DNA of 64,000 nt from a virus: positions 32,001 through 96,000 of the IMG/VR virus record IMGVR_UViG_3300007623_000006; one strand, written 5' to 3'. Positions 9,836 through 19,944 of this stretch are shown piece after piece (positions within the stretch are counted from its first letter, which is position 1; each line of letters starts with the position of its first letter). A program made the position numbers and the translations under genes. The notes under the pieces were generated by a model. It saw nothing but the letters and a program-made list of their open reading frames with translations. It was not told the origin of the DNA and did not search any database.

Positions 9836-10108
9836 ATGAACAATGACACAAAGATAATTTATTCTGCAATGAAAGAATGTTACGATAACGATATAGAAGT
9901 TTTTGAGCAATGTCAGTATGTTGGTGATGATGAAAATGATGTTTATGTAGATATAAAACTAAACAAAGTTTTTTTTAATATGCTTAAAGAAAGATTAAGT
10001 GTAGACGAGAATTACATTAATACTTGCGTTAGTAACATAGTATTAAACGACTTAGCTGATATGATAGTAGTAGACAATGTACCAAAGGAAATATGTGAAG
10101 CAATATGA
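9836..10108 (+). CDS. Hypothetical protein
   Basis: 90-aa ORF preceding the polymerase. Confidence 0.65.
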   Translation: MNNDTKIIYSAMKECYDNDIEVFEQCQYVGDDENDVYVDIKLNKVFFNMLKERLSVDENYINTCVSNIVLNDLADMIVVDNVPKEICEAI

Positions 10109-11129
10109 GAATATATTTAGTGTAAAATCAGATGTATATGAAAGATTATTTGATACAGAAACAAAAAAATCTGAATATAACAAAATAGAACTTAAACCTA
10201 GTGTTTATGTTAAAGGTAGTGGTGAATATAGATATTTTCTTGATAAATCTGTAACATTACAAGAAAAGAAATTTGACGATGTCCAAGGTATGAATGCTTG
10301 GTGTAAAAGTATGGATGATATGGGTATGGAGTACTATGGTAAAACTACACCTAAATATCAATATTTAAAAGACACATATTATTTTGATAAAGATAAACAA
10401 TATGTTAACAATGACCATGATATGCGAACTTGGTATATAGATATTGAGGTTAGTCAAGAGTTTGGATTTCCATTTCCTAATGAAGCAAAAGCACCTGTTA
10501 CACTTATACAACTTTATGATTCTTTTGATGACAAGTATTATGTTATTGGATATGAAGATATTGAAGGACATGAAAACCCTAAAGATTTAGCTAGAGTTAA
10601 AGAGTATAATAGTAAATATGAATTTCCTGACAAAACTACATATTTAAGAGTATCTGATGAAATTGAAATGTACAGATATTTTATGAAACTTATTAAAGCT
10701 AAAAATCCTGCTATTATGACTGCTTGGAATGGGGAACTGTTTGACTTTCCATATTTAGTTAATAGAGCAAAAAATATTGGGTTAAATGCTAATGATTTAT
10801 CACCTGTACAGTATTGTAAATGTGAATATAAAAAAATTGGTAATAGTGATGTTTATAACACAACTATAGGTGGTGTATACTTACTAGACCTTATGGAGCT
10901 TTACAAGAAGTTTATCTTTACACCACAAACTAGTTATTCATTGAACAACATTGCGTCGGTTGAGTTAGGTAGTGAAAAAGTATTATATGAAGAATACTCT
11001 AACTTAGATGAACTAATGAACGGAAATATAGACAATTATAACAAGAGTGGCAATGACGAAGTAATGGATAGTTTATATGATGAAATATGTGATATAGATA
11101 GAGAATTAGAAAGAAGAGGTTTATTATAA
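10095..11129 (+). CDS. gp43: Family-B DNA polymerase, N-terminal fragment (NTD + ExoI/ExoII)
   Basis: YIDIEV (ExoI), AWNGELFDFPYL (ExoII), SYSLNNIASVELG; probable GTG start at 10095 after AAGGA (ORF track gives 10077). Confidence 0.9.
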   Translation: MKQYENIFSVKSDVYERLFDTETKKSEYNKIELKPSVYVKGSGEYRYFLDKSVTLQEKKFDDVQGMNAWCKSMDDMGMEYYGKTTPKYQYLKDTYYFDKDKQYVNNDHDMRTWYIDIEVSQEFGFPFPNEAKAPVTLIQLYDSFDDKYYVIGYEDIEGHENPKDLARVKEYNSKYEFPDKTTYLRVSDEIEMYRYFMKLIKAKNPAIMTAWNGELFDFPYLVNRAKNIGLNANDLSPVQYCKCEYKKIGNSDVYNTTIGGVYLLDLMELYKKFIFTPQTSYSLNNIASVELGSEKVLYEEYSNLDELMNGNIDNYNKSGNDEVMDSLYDEICDIDRELERRGLL

Positions 11130-11167
11130 ACATACTAAGTACAAATTACACATCTATAATACCATAC

Positions 11168-11175
11168 TATAAATA
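11168..11175 (+). promoter_or_regulatory. Late promoter TATAAATA for the homing endonuclease
   Basis: Exact consensus 20 nt before the ATG, inside an early operon. Confidence 0.7.
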
Positions 11176-11195
11176 TACATAAAAAGGTATACAGT

Positions 11196-11903
11196 ATGAT
11201 TAAAATATACAAAATAACAAATCATAAAAATGGAAAATTGTACTTTGGTATAACCAAACAAGAACTTAATGATAGATTTAACCAACATTATTACAAAAAA
11301 ACTAGTCATATATCTACTGCTATGAGAAAATATGGTAGAGAAAATTTTAGTATAGAACTTATAGATGAAACTGATACTAAAGAAAAAGCGGGTAAAATTG
11401 AGAAAACCTTAATAGAAGAGTATAATACTAGAGATAGAAAAATTGGGTATAATAAACAAAAAGGTGGACAGTATACTGAACCTGATAAACATCCAAATAG
11501 AATAGGTATGTTAGGGAAAAAACATACAAATGAATCAAAAAAACTTATGTCTATCAATCATGCAGATGTATCTAAAGAAAAAAACCCTTTTTATGGAAAA
11601 AATCATAGCAATGAAACTAAGAAAAAAATATCAAATTCAAATAAAGGTATAAAACGAACAAATGAGTTTAAAAAACAAAGAAGTGAACGATATTTAGGTA
11701 AAAATAATCCAAACTCTAAAGTAATAATTTTGTATAATAATAAAGATGAAATTATAGATATTATAGAGGGTGGAATAAGAAGTTACTTAAAAGATAATAA
11801 ATTACCACCATCATTAGAAAAAACTTATAGACACAACACAACTATTAAAAACGGTGATTATGTTGGATGGTATTGTAGAATAAAGGAAAAAAATGGATTA
11901 TAG
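11196..11903 (+). mobile_element. Free-standing GIY-YIG homing endonuclease with NUMOD3-type repeats
   Basis: KIYKITN..NGKLYFGIT, RF.QH, KYG.ENF, GYN, GKKHTNESKKLMS / GKNHSNETKKKIS. Confidence 0.9.
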
Positions 11904-13881
11904 TCAACTTACAGATGAACAATTGTTAAAGTTAAAAGAAGAGAAAACAAACGAATTTAAGAAACTATCTTATATAAAATTTACCCGATATGGTATCATT
12001 GATGTACAACTTATTAAGGAAATTGACGAGAAACTGAACTTAATTAACCTTGTTAAATCGATTGCATATAAAATGGGTATTTGTTTAGATGATGCTCTTG
12101 GTACAGTTAAACCTTGGGGTACATATATTACAAACATTGCATATTCTTTAGGATTTATACTTCCAAATGATGGTTCTTTTGCTGGTGGTGACGCTGGTAT
12201 TAAAGGTGCTTGGGTTGCTGACCCTGAAGTAGGAAAACACAATTGGATTGTATCATTTGACTGGGCATCTCTATATCCTTCAATTATTAGATGGAACAAT
12301 TTTTCACCTGAAACATACATTAATTCAAGTGAGTTGCCGCAAGAGTTAAAGGAAATTAGACAGAAAGTATTTGTAGATAATGAAGATTTATTAATTGGTA
12401 AAGTCGACGAAATAATTGAAAAAGTTACACCTGTATTAGAAAAATATAATGTGTCTGCTGGTATAAATGGTTCTTTTTATAAAAGAGATGAAGTTGGGTT
12501 AATTCCACAGTTGATTAAACAATTGTATGCAGAAAGAAAATCTGATAAAAAACAAATGTTTGTACATACACAAAAAATACAAGATTTAAAGAATAACGGT
12601 GGTACTGAAGCAGAAATAAAAGAGCAAGAAAACTTAGAAGCATTTTGGGATACTGCTCAAATGACAAAGAAAATCTTACTTAACTCACTTTATGGTGCAC
12701 TAGGTAATAAGTACTTTGTATTATTCAACAATGAGATTGCTGCTGCGATTACAGGTAATGGTAGATTTACTAATAAAAGTATGGCAATTGCTGTAGATAA
12801 TATGTTAAAGCAAAAGGTACCAAGTAAAAATCCTTATTTAGTGTATGGTGATACTGATTCATTTTACTTAACTATTGATGAATTTGTTAAAGCAAAAGAG
12901 TCTAAAGTTGAAATGAGTTTTGAGGATAAGATTAATTTCTGTGACAATGTATGTGAAAAAATTATTCAACCATATGTTAATGATATGACACATAAGATTG
13001 GTAAATCTTTAAATGTACTTGAAGCTGATGCTATGGCAATGGATAGAGAGATTATTGCTGATAGTGGTATTTTCATTGCTAAAAAAAGATATATTGCTAG
13101 AGTACTTGATAATGAAGGTGTTCGGTTAAAAGAGCCTAAGAAAAAAGTAATGGGTTTAGAATTAGTTAGAAGTTCAACTCCTACATTTTGTAGAAAGTAT
13201 CTTAAAGAGAGTATTGACATTCTGCTTGATGGTGATGAGTCTACATTACAAGATTGGGCAAGTGATGTTAAACAAAAATTTATGTCTGCTCCTATAGAAG
13301 ATGTTAGTAGAGTTACGGGTGTTAATAAAGTATCGTTTGACTTTAAAACTAAAGATGGTGACAGAAAATGGCCTGCTTTAAGTTTACAAGAAGAGGCAAG
13401 TCTTAAAAACTCTAAAGATGAGTATGTTATGAAAAGAATTAAATATCAAACTAAACAAATGTTTAAAGACTTTAATTCAATATATCCTGATATGAGTACA
13501 AAAGAAATAGGTTACAGATTTTACAATCACCCGCTTTATTTTGATAGTCCAGATGGTGTTGCCGAGTGTACTCCTATTGCTATTAACAGTAGGGCTGCAA
13601 CTGTACATAATATGTCTATTTTAGTAAATGATTTACAGAAGGAATATTCGTTTATTAATGAAAAAGATAAAATGAAATATTGTATTTTGAAATTACCAAA
13701 TCCTACTAACTCTGAAGTGTTTGGTTATCAAAATCCTTCTATTCTAAGTAAAGTTAGTCTTGAAAACTATATTAATAGAGATGATATGTGGGATAGATTT
13801 TTTATCCAAGCATTGGATATTATGATTGGACCTCTTAATTGGTCACATAAAAAGAAAATTACAGTAGATGAGTGGTTTTAA
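11893..13881 (+). CDS. gp43: Family-B DNA polymerase, C-terminal fragment (ExoIII + palm/fingers/thumb)
   Basis: RYGIIDV (ExoIII), SFDWASLYPSII, KILLNSLYGALGN, YGDTDS, KKRY, GLELVRSSTP; has its own AAGGA SD. Confidence 0.94.
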   Translation: MDYSQLTDEQLLKLKEEKTNEFKKLSYIKFTRYGIIDVQLIKEIDEKLNLINLVKSIAYKMGICLDDALGTVKPWGTYITNIAYSLGFILPNDGSFAGGDAGIKGAWVADPEVGKHNWIVSFDWASLYPSIIRWNNFSPETYINSSELPQELKEIRQKVFVDNEDLLIGKVDEIIEKVTPVLEKYNVSAGINGSFYKRDEVGLIPQLIKQLYAERKSDKKQMFVHTQKIQDLKNNGGTEAEIKEQENLEAFWDTAQMTKKILLNSLYGALGNKYFVLFNNEIAAAITGNGRFTNKSMAIAVDNMLKQKVPSKNPYLVYGDTDSFYLTIDEFVKAKESKVEMSFEDKINFCDNVCEKIIQPYVNDMTHKIGKSLNVLEADAMAMDREIIADSGIFIAKKRYIARVLDNEGVRLKEPKKKVMGLELVRSSTPTFCRKYLKESIDILLDGDESTLQDWASDVKQKFMSAPIEDVSRVTGVNKVSFDFKTKDGDRKWPALSLQEEASLKNSKDEYVMKRIKYQTKQMFKDFNSIYPDMSTKEIGYRFYNHPLYFDSPDGVAECTPIAINSRAATVHNMSILVNDLQKEYSFINEKDKMKYCILKLPNPTNSEVFGYQNPSILSKVSLENYINRDDMWDRFFIQALDIMIGPLNWSHKKKITVDEWF

Positions 13882-14411
13882 ATCACTGTCTCATCTGCTT
13901 CAGGTTCTTGCACTTCTGTAGGAACCTCTATGTCTAGTGCTACATTTTCTGCATCATTTAATGATGTGATTTCTTCAATTGTATAATAATCATACACCAA
14001 CTCCATATCAAATGTAAGTTCTGTATTTTCACCTGTTGAAGAATACTGAATGTCACCTACTGCTACTGGTAAAATATTTCTATAAGTTATTTTTTGTTTT
14101 GTTTTACCAGTCGAGTCTTGTAATATAATCCATCCATCAGAAAGAGAGTCTAAATTTTTCATTGAAAGCACATCTTTAACTAAACCTGACCATATTTCCA
14201 TATCTTCGTCACATAGTATTGTAATTGTTAAAGGATTGTATTCTAGATTTCTACCTGCTGTTTTACCATTTAGCACATCATATCTACTTGGTACTTCAGA
14301 GTACCCTAATGATACACCTGGTAAGTTAACAGTTTGTACTGAATATGTAGTTTCATACCCAAATAAATCAGTTCCAAAAATTATATTACTATCTAAAGCT
14401 TGATTTGCCAT
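13878..14411 (-). CDS. gp3: Tail completion / sheath stabiliser (gp3, tail-tube fold)
   Basis: NQA..SN, QTVNLPGV, LEYNPLTITILCDEDM.IW resemble T4 gp3; minus-strand late promoter at 14450-14457. Confidence 0.8.
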   Translation of the reverse strand: MANQALDSNIIFGTDLFGYETTYSVQTVNLPGVSLGYSEVPSRYDVLNGKTAGRNLEYNPLTITILCDEDMEIWSGLVKDVLSMKNLDSLSDGWIILQDSTGKTKQKITYRNILPVAVGDIQYSSTGENTELTFDMELVYDYYTIEEITSLNDAENVALDIEVPTEVQEPEADETVI

Positions 14412-14425
14412 TATTGTTCCTAAAA

Positions 14426-14457
14426 TTAAGTAAATTTTTATTATAATAGTATTTATA
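14426..14457. promoter_or_regulatory. Overlapping promoters: + TTAAGT-N10-TATAAT (14426-14447, gp55) and - TATAAATA (14450-14457, gp3)
   Basis: Both motifs are visible in the 64-nt divergent gap. Confidence 0.65.
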
Positions 14458-14475
14458 AAAACAAAAAGGTTATAT

Positions 14476-15237
14476 ATGGCACAAACTAATTATCTTGACA
14501 AAGAGGAACTTTTACAAGAGATAATTAATATACAAACTAACCCTAACGCCGACAAAACAAAGTTTGCTACACAATGTATGTTAATTATCAATAACTTAAA
14601 AAAGAGACCACAGTTTAGTGGTTACACATCAAATTGGACAGAAGATTATGTATCTAATTCAATATATAAAATGTTAAAATACATTCATAATTTTGACCAT
14701 ACAAGAATATCAAAAATAACAAATGAACCAGTATCACCATTTGCATATTTGACACAGATTGCAAAGGCTGCATTCTTTGAAGTAATTAACAAAAGAAAAC
14801 GAGAAGATGGTTACATAAAGGAAACTGTACAATACCAAGAACTAGAAGATTTAGTACAGCATGCTTATAGAAATATCGAAGATATAAAAACAAATGAGCA
14901 AATTGAAAGAATAAAGTTAGAAAACGAAGTTATATCTTATAACTTAAGAAAACTTGAAATTGACGGTAATAGATTTGAAACTATTAGAGATATGCTACAG
15001 TACTTATGGGACAAAGGTGAAAGAAAAATTAAAATTGAGTACCCTAAAAAATATAATATTTCACTAGAAGAGTATGATGCTATTGGTAAAATTGGACATT
15101 TTGATTATTTAAACCTAACAAAGAAAACTTATAAACAAAAGAAAAAAGAAGAAGAACCTGAGTTAGAAGACATTGAAGAATTAATTAAGACTGATATTGA
15201 TGATTGGTCGGATGACCCATTTGACTTAGAGGTATAA
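14476..15237 (+). CDS. gp55: Late-transcription sigma factor (gp55)
   Basis: NYLDKEEL, FSGYT..W, NFD, SPFAYLTQIA..AF; adjacent to gp47/gp46. Confidence 0.9.
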   Translation: MAQTNYLDKEELLQEIINIQTNPNADKTKFATQCMLIINNLKKRPQFSGYTSNWTEDYVSNSIYKMLKYIHNFDHTRISKITNEPVSPFAYLTQIAKAAFFEVINKRKREDGYIKETVQYQELEDLVQHAYRNIEDIKTNEQIERIKLENEVISYNLRKLEIDGNRFETIRDMLQYLWDKGERKIKIEYPKKYNISLEEYDAIGKIGHFDYLNLTKKTYKQKKKEEEPELEDIEELIKTDIDDWSDDPFDLEV

Positions 15238-15238
15238 T

Positions 15239-16363
15239 ATGACTATAATCAACCCAGATAAAATTATTTTACTAGGTGATTTACACTTTGGTAAAAATAA
15301 GTTTTCACACCAAACACTTGACTCACAGATGAGATTTTTTGATGAGCAATTGTTTCCTTATATGGAAAATGAAGGGTGTGACACTATTATTCAAGTAGGT
15401 GATGTATTTGACAATAGAATTGTAATAGATATAGAATACTTACAATTAATACTTAAGAGATTTTTTGATAAACTTAAAGAAAAAAATATAACATTTATTT
15501 GTATTGTTGGTAACCATGATATATATCATAAAACTAGTAGAGAGTACACTATATTAAGTGTAATTGATAGATTATATGATAATGTTACTGTTATAAATGA
15601 TAGAAAAGAAATTCTTATAAATGATAAAAGATGTTATTTTGTTCCTTGGATATTACCAGATGAAACCTTAACTAGTGATGAGTTAACAGGAATGAATTAT
15701 GTATTTGGCCACTTTGAGATTAGAAACTTTGAAATGACTAAAGGTCATATAGATGAGCATTCTATGTTAAGTCCTGAATTTTTTAAGAAAAAAAGAAACT
15801 TAAAAAAAGTATACAGTGGACACTATCATATTAAAAGTGATAAAGAAAAAATCACATACCTAGGTACACCTTATTGGTTAGATTGGGGTGACTATGCTAC
15901 TACTAGAGGATTTTATGTATTAGATAAAGATTTTAATGAGTCATATGTTGAAAATGAAAAAAGTACTAGATTTATTAAACTTAAGTACAGTGATAGTCAA
16001 GAGAAGCCATTAGATATAACAGGTCTTTATTATAAAAAAACTGTGACTATAGACAGTGATGATATTGAAACGGTTGCACCTGCTTTAAAAGGACATAAAC
16101 TTAAATTGTTTATTAATGAGAGTTCTGATAATAAACATGAAGAGTATATCTATATGTTAAAACAGCAAGGACTAGACTTTGAAATTACAAATAATGTAGA
16201 GATAAGTAATATTATTGGTGAAAGTTATATTGAAGATATTGAGGATAGTACAATGACTATACCATCAACATCTAAAGGTCTTATCACTGAAACAATTAAA
16301 AAGAAACATCCAACATTAGTACCATTAGTGGAAGAGTTGTTTAGAGAGATTGAGGAAGTTTAA
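15239..16363 (+). CDS. gp47: Recombination endonuclease subunit (gp47, Mre11/SbcD-like)
   Basis: GDLHFG, GDVFDNR, GNHD, GHFE, SGHYH, YLGTPY. Confidence 0.92.
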   Translation: MTIINPDKIILLGDLHFGKNKFSHQTLDSQMRFFDEQLFPYMENEGCDTIIQVGDVFDNRIVIDIEYLQLILKRFFDKLKEKNITFICIVGNHDIYHKTSREYTILSVIDRLYDNVTVINDRKEILINDKRCYFVPWILPDETLTSDELTGMNYVFGHFEIRNFEMTKGHIDEHSMLSPEFFKKKRNLKKVYSGHYHIKSDKEKITYLGTPYWLDWGDYATTRGFYVLDKDFNESYVENEKSTRFIKLKYSDSQEKPLDITGLYYKKTVTIDSDDIETVAPALKGHKLKLFINESSDNKHEEYIYMLKQQGLDFEITNNVEISNIIGESYIEDIEDSTMTIPSTSKGLITETIKKKHPTLVPLVEELFREIEEV

Positions 16364-18117
16364 TGAAAATAGATTTTTTAACTATTGAGTTTAAGAATGT
16401 TTTAAGTTATGGAAATACACCTACAACATTTGAGTTTAAAGATGGTATTGATTTAATTAATGCTAAAAATGGTGCTGGTAAGAGTTCTTTTATTGATGCT
16501 CTTACTTATGGGTTGTATGGTAAGGCTTTTAGAAAAATTAAGTTAGGTTCACTTATTAACCACCATAATAATAAAGAAATGTTAGTTAAAGTGACATTTC
16601 AAGTAGAAAATATGGGATACTTTCAAGTAGTAAGAGGAATGAAACCTGCAGTATTTAAAGTGTTTCATAATAAAAAGAATTGTGATTTTGAGGATAAACA
16701 TCTTTTACCTGAAAAGGCAACAACTAGTGAATATCAGAGTATGTTAGAAGATGAAATTCTACATATGAGTGAAAATGTATATAGACAGTTAATTGTATTA
16801 GGTGCAAATATTTCAACTAGTAAGAATTTTATGGACTTAAGTGCTAAAGAAAAAGAAGAAGTTTTCCAAATTATTACTGATACAAGTATATTTAATGATT
16901 TAAGAAGTATACTAAAGAAAAAAATATCTGTTGTTAATACCTATATATATGAACATGAATACAAAGTAAGTATTCTTAATAATACTTTAGAAACTGAAGA
17001 AAGAAATATTGCATCACTTGAGCAACAAAATGAAGTTATAAAACACGATAAAAATAGAATACTAACTGAATTGGAGACTGAACTAGAAGATAGAAGGTCA
17101 AAGGTACCTGAGTATGAAAGAGCAGTTGAAAAGTTAAAAGAGTTAAAAGAACTTTACGAACAAGAAAAACTTGAGTTACAAGAAAAAGAAAAATGTTACA
17201 GTGATTTATTAACACAACAAAGAGCTTTAAGCGATGAAATACATCATATTGAAAGAGCAAAAGCAGGTGTAGTTGTATGTGATGAATGTGATAATCACAT
17301 TAATTTAACAGAAATTGACATATCACCGGAAAGAGAGTCAAAAGTTAATGAAGATTATGTTATAATTACTCAAAGAATAAAAGAAAAAGAGCAATATATT
17401 TCGGAGATAAAAGAATCAAGTTCAGTAAAATATGAAAAGTTATTAAATTCTAAAAGAATAATTCAAAACCAAAAAGAAAATTTGGACAGAATAGATGCTA
17501 TTATATCTGATATTGAAACTAAAAAGCAATGGAAAGAGTTGGATATTGACTATTCATCAATTAATAAACTAAAAGATGAATTAGAAGAAGAAAAACAAGA
17601 GATATTATCTCTTAAAGAAAAAGTAAATCAATACAACACACTTTCTACTATTGTTGGTGATGATGAATTAAAGGGTTATACTTTAAATCAACAAATACCA
17701 GTATTAAACAGATATATAAATCAATTTATTGAAAGATTTAATGCGTTTGATTATAACTTTGTTATTGATACTAACTTCAAAGAAAGAATTATATCAAGAA
17801 ATGAAGAAAAGGAATTTAATGCTATGAGTAATGGACAGAAACAAAGATTTACATTCTCTATATTATTTGCATTCTTAAAATTAGTTGAGGAAAAAAATGG
17901 TATTACTACAAACTTGTTAATACTAGATGAGGTATTAGACAGTTCGAGTGATACTGAGGGTAAATTTGAGTTGATTAAAATTTTAACTGATGATTTTTCT
18001 AAGTCAAAAAATGTTATAATTATATCACATAACCCTGATATTGTTCAAAATGTAGAAGAGTTTAACAGAATAATTCAAGTTGAGCATGATAATTATTCAA
18101 AAATGATAGTGGAGTAG
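16363..18117 (+). CDS. gp46: Recombination ATPase subunit (gp46, Rad50/SbcC-like)
   Basis: KNGAGKSS, zinc hook CDEC, MSNGQKQR, LILDEVLD, ISH. Confidence 0.93.
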   Translation: MKIDFLTIEFKNVLSYGNTPTTFEFKDGIDLINAKNGAGKSSFIDALTYGLYGKAFRKIKLGSLINHHNNKEMLVKVTFQVENMGYFQVVRGMKPAVFKVFHNKKNCDFEDKHLLPEKATTSEYQSMLEDEILHMSENVYRQLIVLGANISTSKNFMDLSAKEKEEVFQIITDTSIFNDLRSILKKKISVVNTYIYEHEYKVSILNNTLETEERNIASLEQQNEVIKHDKNRILTELETELEDRRSKVPEYERAVEKLKELKELYEQEKLELQEKEKCYSDLLTQQRALSDEIHHIERAKAGVVVCDECDNHINLTEIDISPERESKVNEDYVIITQRIKEKEQYISEIKESSSVKYEKLLNSKRIIQNQKENLDRIDAIISDIETKKQWKELDIDYSSINKLKDELEEEKQEILSLKEKVNQYNTLSTIVGDDELKGYTLNQQIPVLNRYINQFIERFNAFDYNFVIDTNFKERIISRNEEKEFNAMSNGQKQRFTFSILFAFLKLVEEKNGITTNLLILDEVLDSSSDTEGKFELIKILTDDFSKSKNVIIISHNPDIVQNVEEFNRIIQVEHDNYSKMIVE

Positions 18118-18120
18118 ATA

Positions 18121-18375
18121 ATGGCGGAAAGAGCACCTGATGATTTTAATGAGGTTTTAGATGGTATACATAGACTTAAGCAACATAAAGACATGACTTG
18201 GATGGACTCTATTTTAGAGTTCTGTGAGTTGAATGATTATAGAGTTGAGGATGTTGGTTTTATGTTAAAAGAAAATAAAAATTTTTTAAAAATTTTAGAA
18301 GATGATTTTAAAAGAAATAAACATATCAGAGGGTATGTTGAAGAAAAAATATCATTTTTAGAAGATTGGATTTAA
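18121..18375 (+). CDS. gp33: Late-promoter transcription co-activator (gp33-like)
   Basis: TWMDSILEFCELND..VEDV pattern, size, C-terminal clamp-like motif. Confidence 0.7.
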   Translation: MAERAPDDFNEVLDGIHRLKQHKDMTWMDSILEFCELNDYRVEDVGFMLKENKNFLKILEDDFKRNKHIRGYVEEKISFLEDWI

Positions 18376-18376
18376 T

Positions 18377-18961
18377 ATGTTACAGTTTAATGAGCAATAT
18401 AATGTCTTGCACGGTATTTATATAACATTTACTAATAATTCTAATCATAGAATCTTAGTATCTAAACACAAAGCAGCAGCAAGAGATAAAGTGAAGTCTA
18501 TATATCCTTATAGAAGATATGAGTCATGGACAAAGGAAAACTTAATACTTTTAGGTCTTAGTATTATGTTAGAACAAAAACCTAGTTCTTTTCAAGGAAT
18601 GTTACAAGAACTTATATCTGAAGATACCGATGAAAAAGTTAAGCGTTTTAAGGATATAATTATGAACTATAAAAGTTATATCACAGAAGATGTTAACATG
18701 ATTATTGAAAACTATGGTGAAAAGCCGTCATTTGATGATATGTTTAAACTTTATACAGACAAAAAGATTAAATTTTATACACTTTGGTGGTATTTAAAGT
18801 TTACAGGTGCTGACATAGACAAAATTTGTACTATGAGAGTTAAAGGTAATATTATAAAAAGAATAAAACAAATGTCGTTATTTTTGACATTTAAAGAAAG
18901 TAATTTAATAAAAATAAAAGAAATGTTAAATGAAAAGTTAGATTTAAGTACAGATTTATAG
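18377..18961 (+). CDS. Probable helicase loader (gp59-like)
   Basis: Follows gp33 as in T4; basic helical 194-aa protein; only weak motif similarity. Confidence 0.45.
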   Translation: MLQFNEQYNVLHGIYITFTNNSNHRILVSKHKAAARDKVKSIYPYRRYESWTKENLILLGLSIMLEQKPSSFQGMLQELISEDTDEKVKRFKDIIMNYKSYITEDVNMIIENYGEKPSFDDMFKLYTDKKIKFYTLWWYLKFTGADIDKICTMRVKGNIIKRIKQMSLFLTFKESNLIKIKEMLNEKLDLSTDL

Positions 18962-18971
18962 GAGAAAGATA

Positions 18972-19934
18972 GTGAAAATTGTAGATAATAAACATTATAT
19001 TTGGGCAGAGAAATATAGACCACAGTGTATTGAGGATTTAATTATCCCTGATAGTATGAAAAAGCAACTGTTAGACTGGATTAAAGATGGTGAAATACCT
19101 AACTTAGGTATTTGGGGTAACACACCAGGACTAGGTAAAACATCACTAACTACTGCGTTAACTAAAGAAATAGGTGCTTCTGTACTTTGGAAAAATGCAT
19201 CAGGTGAAGGTGGAATTGAAATGATGAGAGAAGAGATTCCTCCATTTGCATCGACTGTATCTATGGACGGTAGACCTAAAATTGTTGTACTTGATGAAGC
19301 AGATAACTTAACTGCTGTACAAAATGGTGCACAATATAACTTAAGAGGTTCAATTGAAAAGTATGCTAAAAACTGTAGATTTATTCTTACAGGTAACTAT
19401 AAAGAAAAAGTTATTAAACCTATTTTAAATAGATTAAGTAATTTTGACTTTGATGAAATTTTCGCTAATCATAAAAAAGAGTTAGGTGCTTCTATTTACC
19501 AAAGACTATCTTGGATTTTAGATAATGAAAACATTGAGTATGAAAAGGGTGATGTACAAAAAGTACTAAAAAACTTCTACCCTTCAATTAGAGAAATGAC
19601 TATGTTTATGCAAAAGTCTGTAGTTGATGGTAAACTTGTTATTGATAGTAAGTATATTGAAATTGATAAGTTAAAAGAAGAAGTTATGGCTACAATTAAA
19701 GCAAAAGATTTTAAAGCGATGATGAAAGCGACTAATGACTTAACAGACCCTAGTTCTTTACTTACATATATTCATAAACATATGGAAGATTATTTTCCAG
19801 ATGAAAGTGTACCAAGAGTAATATTACTATTATCTGATTATATGGATTTAGCAAGTAGATGTAGAGATGAGCATATTAATATCGCTGCATTTTGTACAAA
19901 AATGATGATGGATATGAACATTAAATTTAAATAA
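18972..19934 (+). CDS. gp44: Clamp loader large subunit (gp44)
   Basis: WAEKYRPQ, PGLGKTS, VLDEADNL, RFILTGNY..K.I.PI..R. Confidence 0.93.
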   Translation: MKIVDNKHYIWAEKYRPQCIEDLIIPDSMKKQLLDWIKDGEIPNLGIWGNTPGLGKTSLTTALTKEIGASVLWKNASGEGGIEMMREEIPPFASTVSMDGRPKIVVLDEADNLTAVQNGAQYNLRGSIEKYAKNCRFILTGNYKEKVIKPILNRLSNFDFDEIFANHKKELGASIYQRLSWILDNENIEYEKGDVQKVLKNFYPSIREMTMFMQKSVVDGKLVIDSKYIEIDKLKEEVMATIKAKDFKAMMKATNDLTDPSSLLTYIHKHMEDYFPDESVPRVILLLSDYMDLASRCRDEHINIAAFCTKMMMDMNIKFK

Positions 19935-19944
19935 AAGGTTGATT

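Noticed and set aside
11130-11903. Group I intron or intein in the polymerase
   Set aside because: There is no room for a ribozyme core, no splice-junction residues, and fragment B has its own SD and ATG
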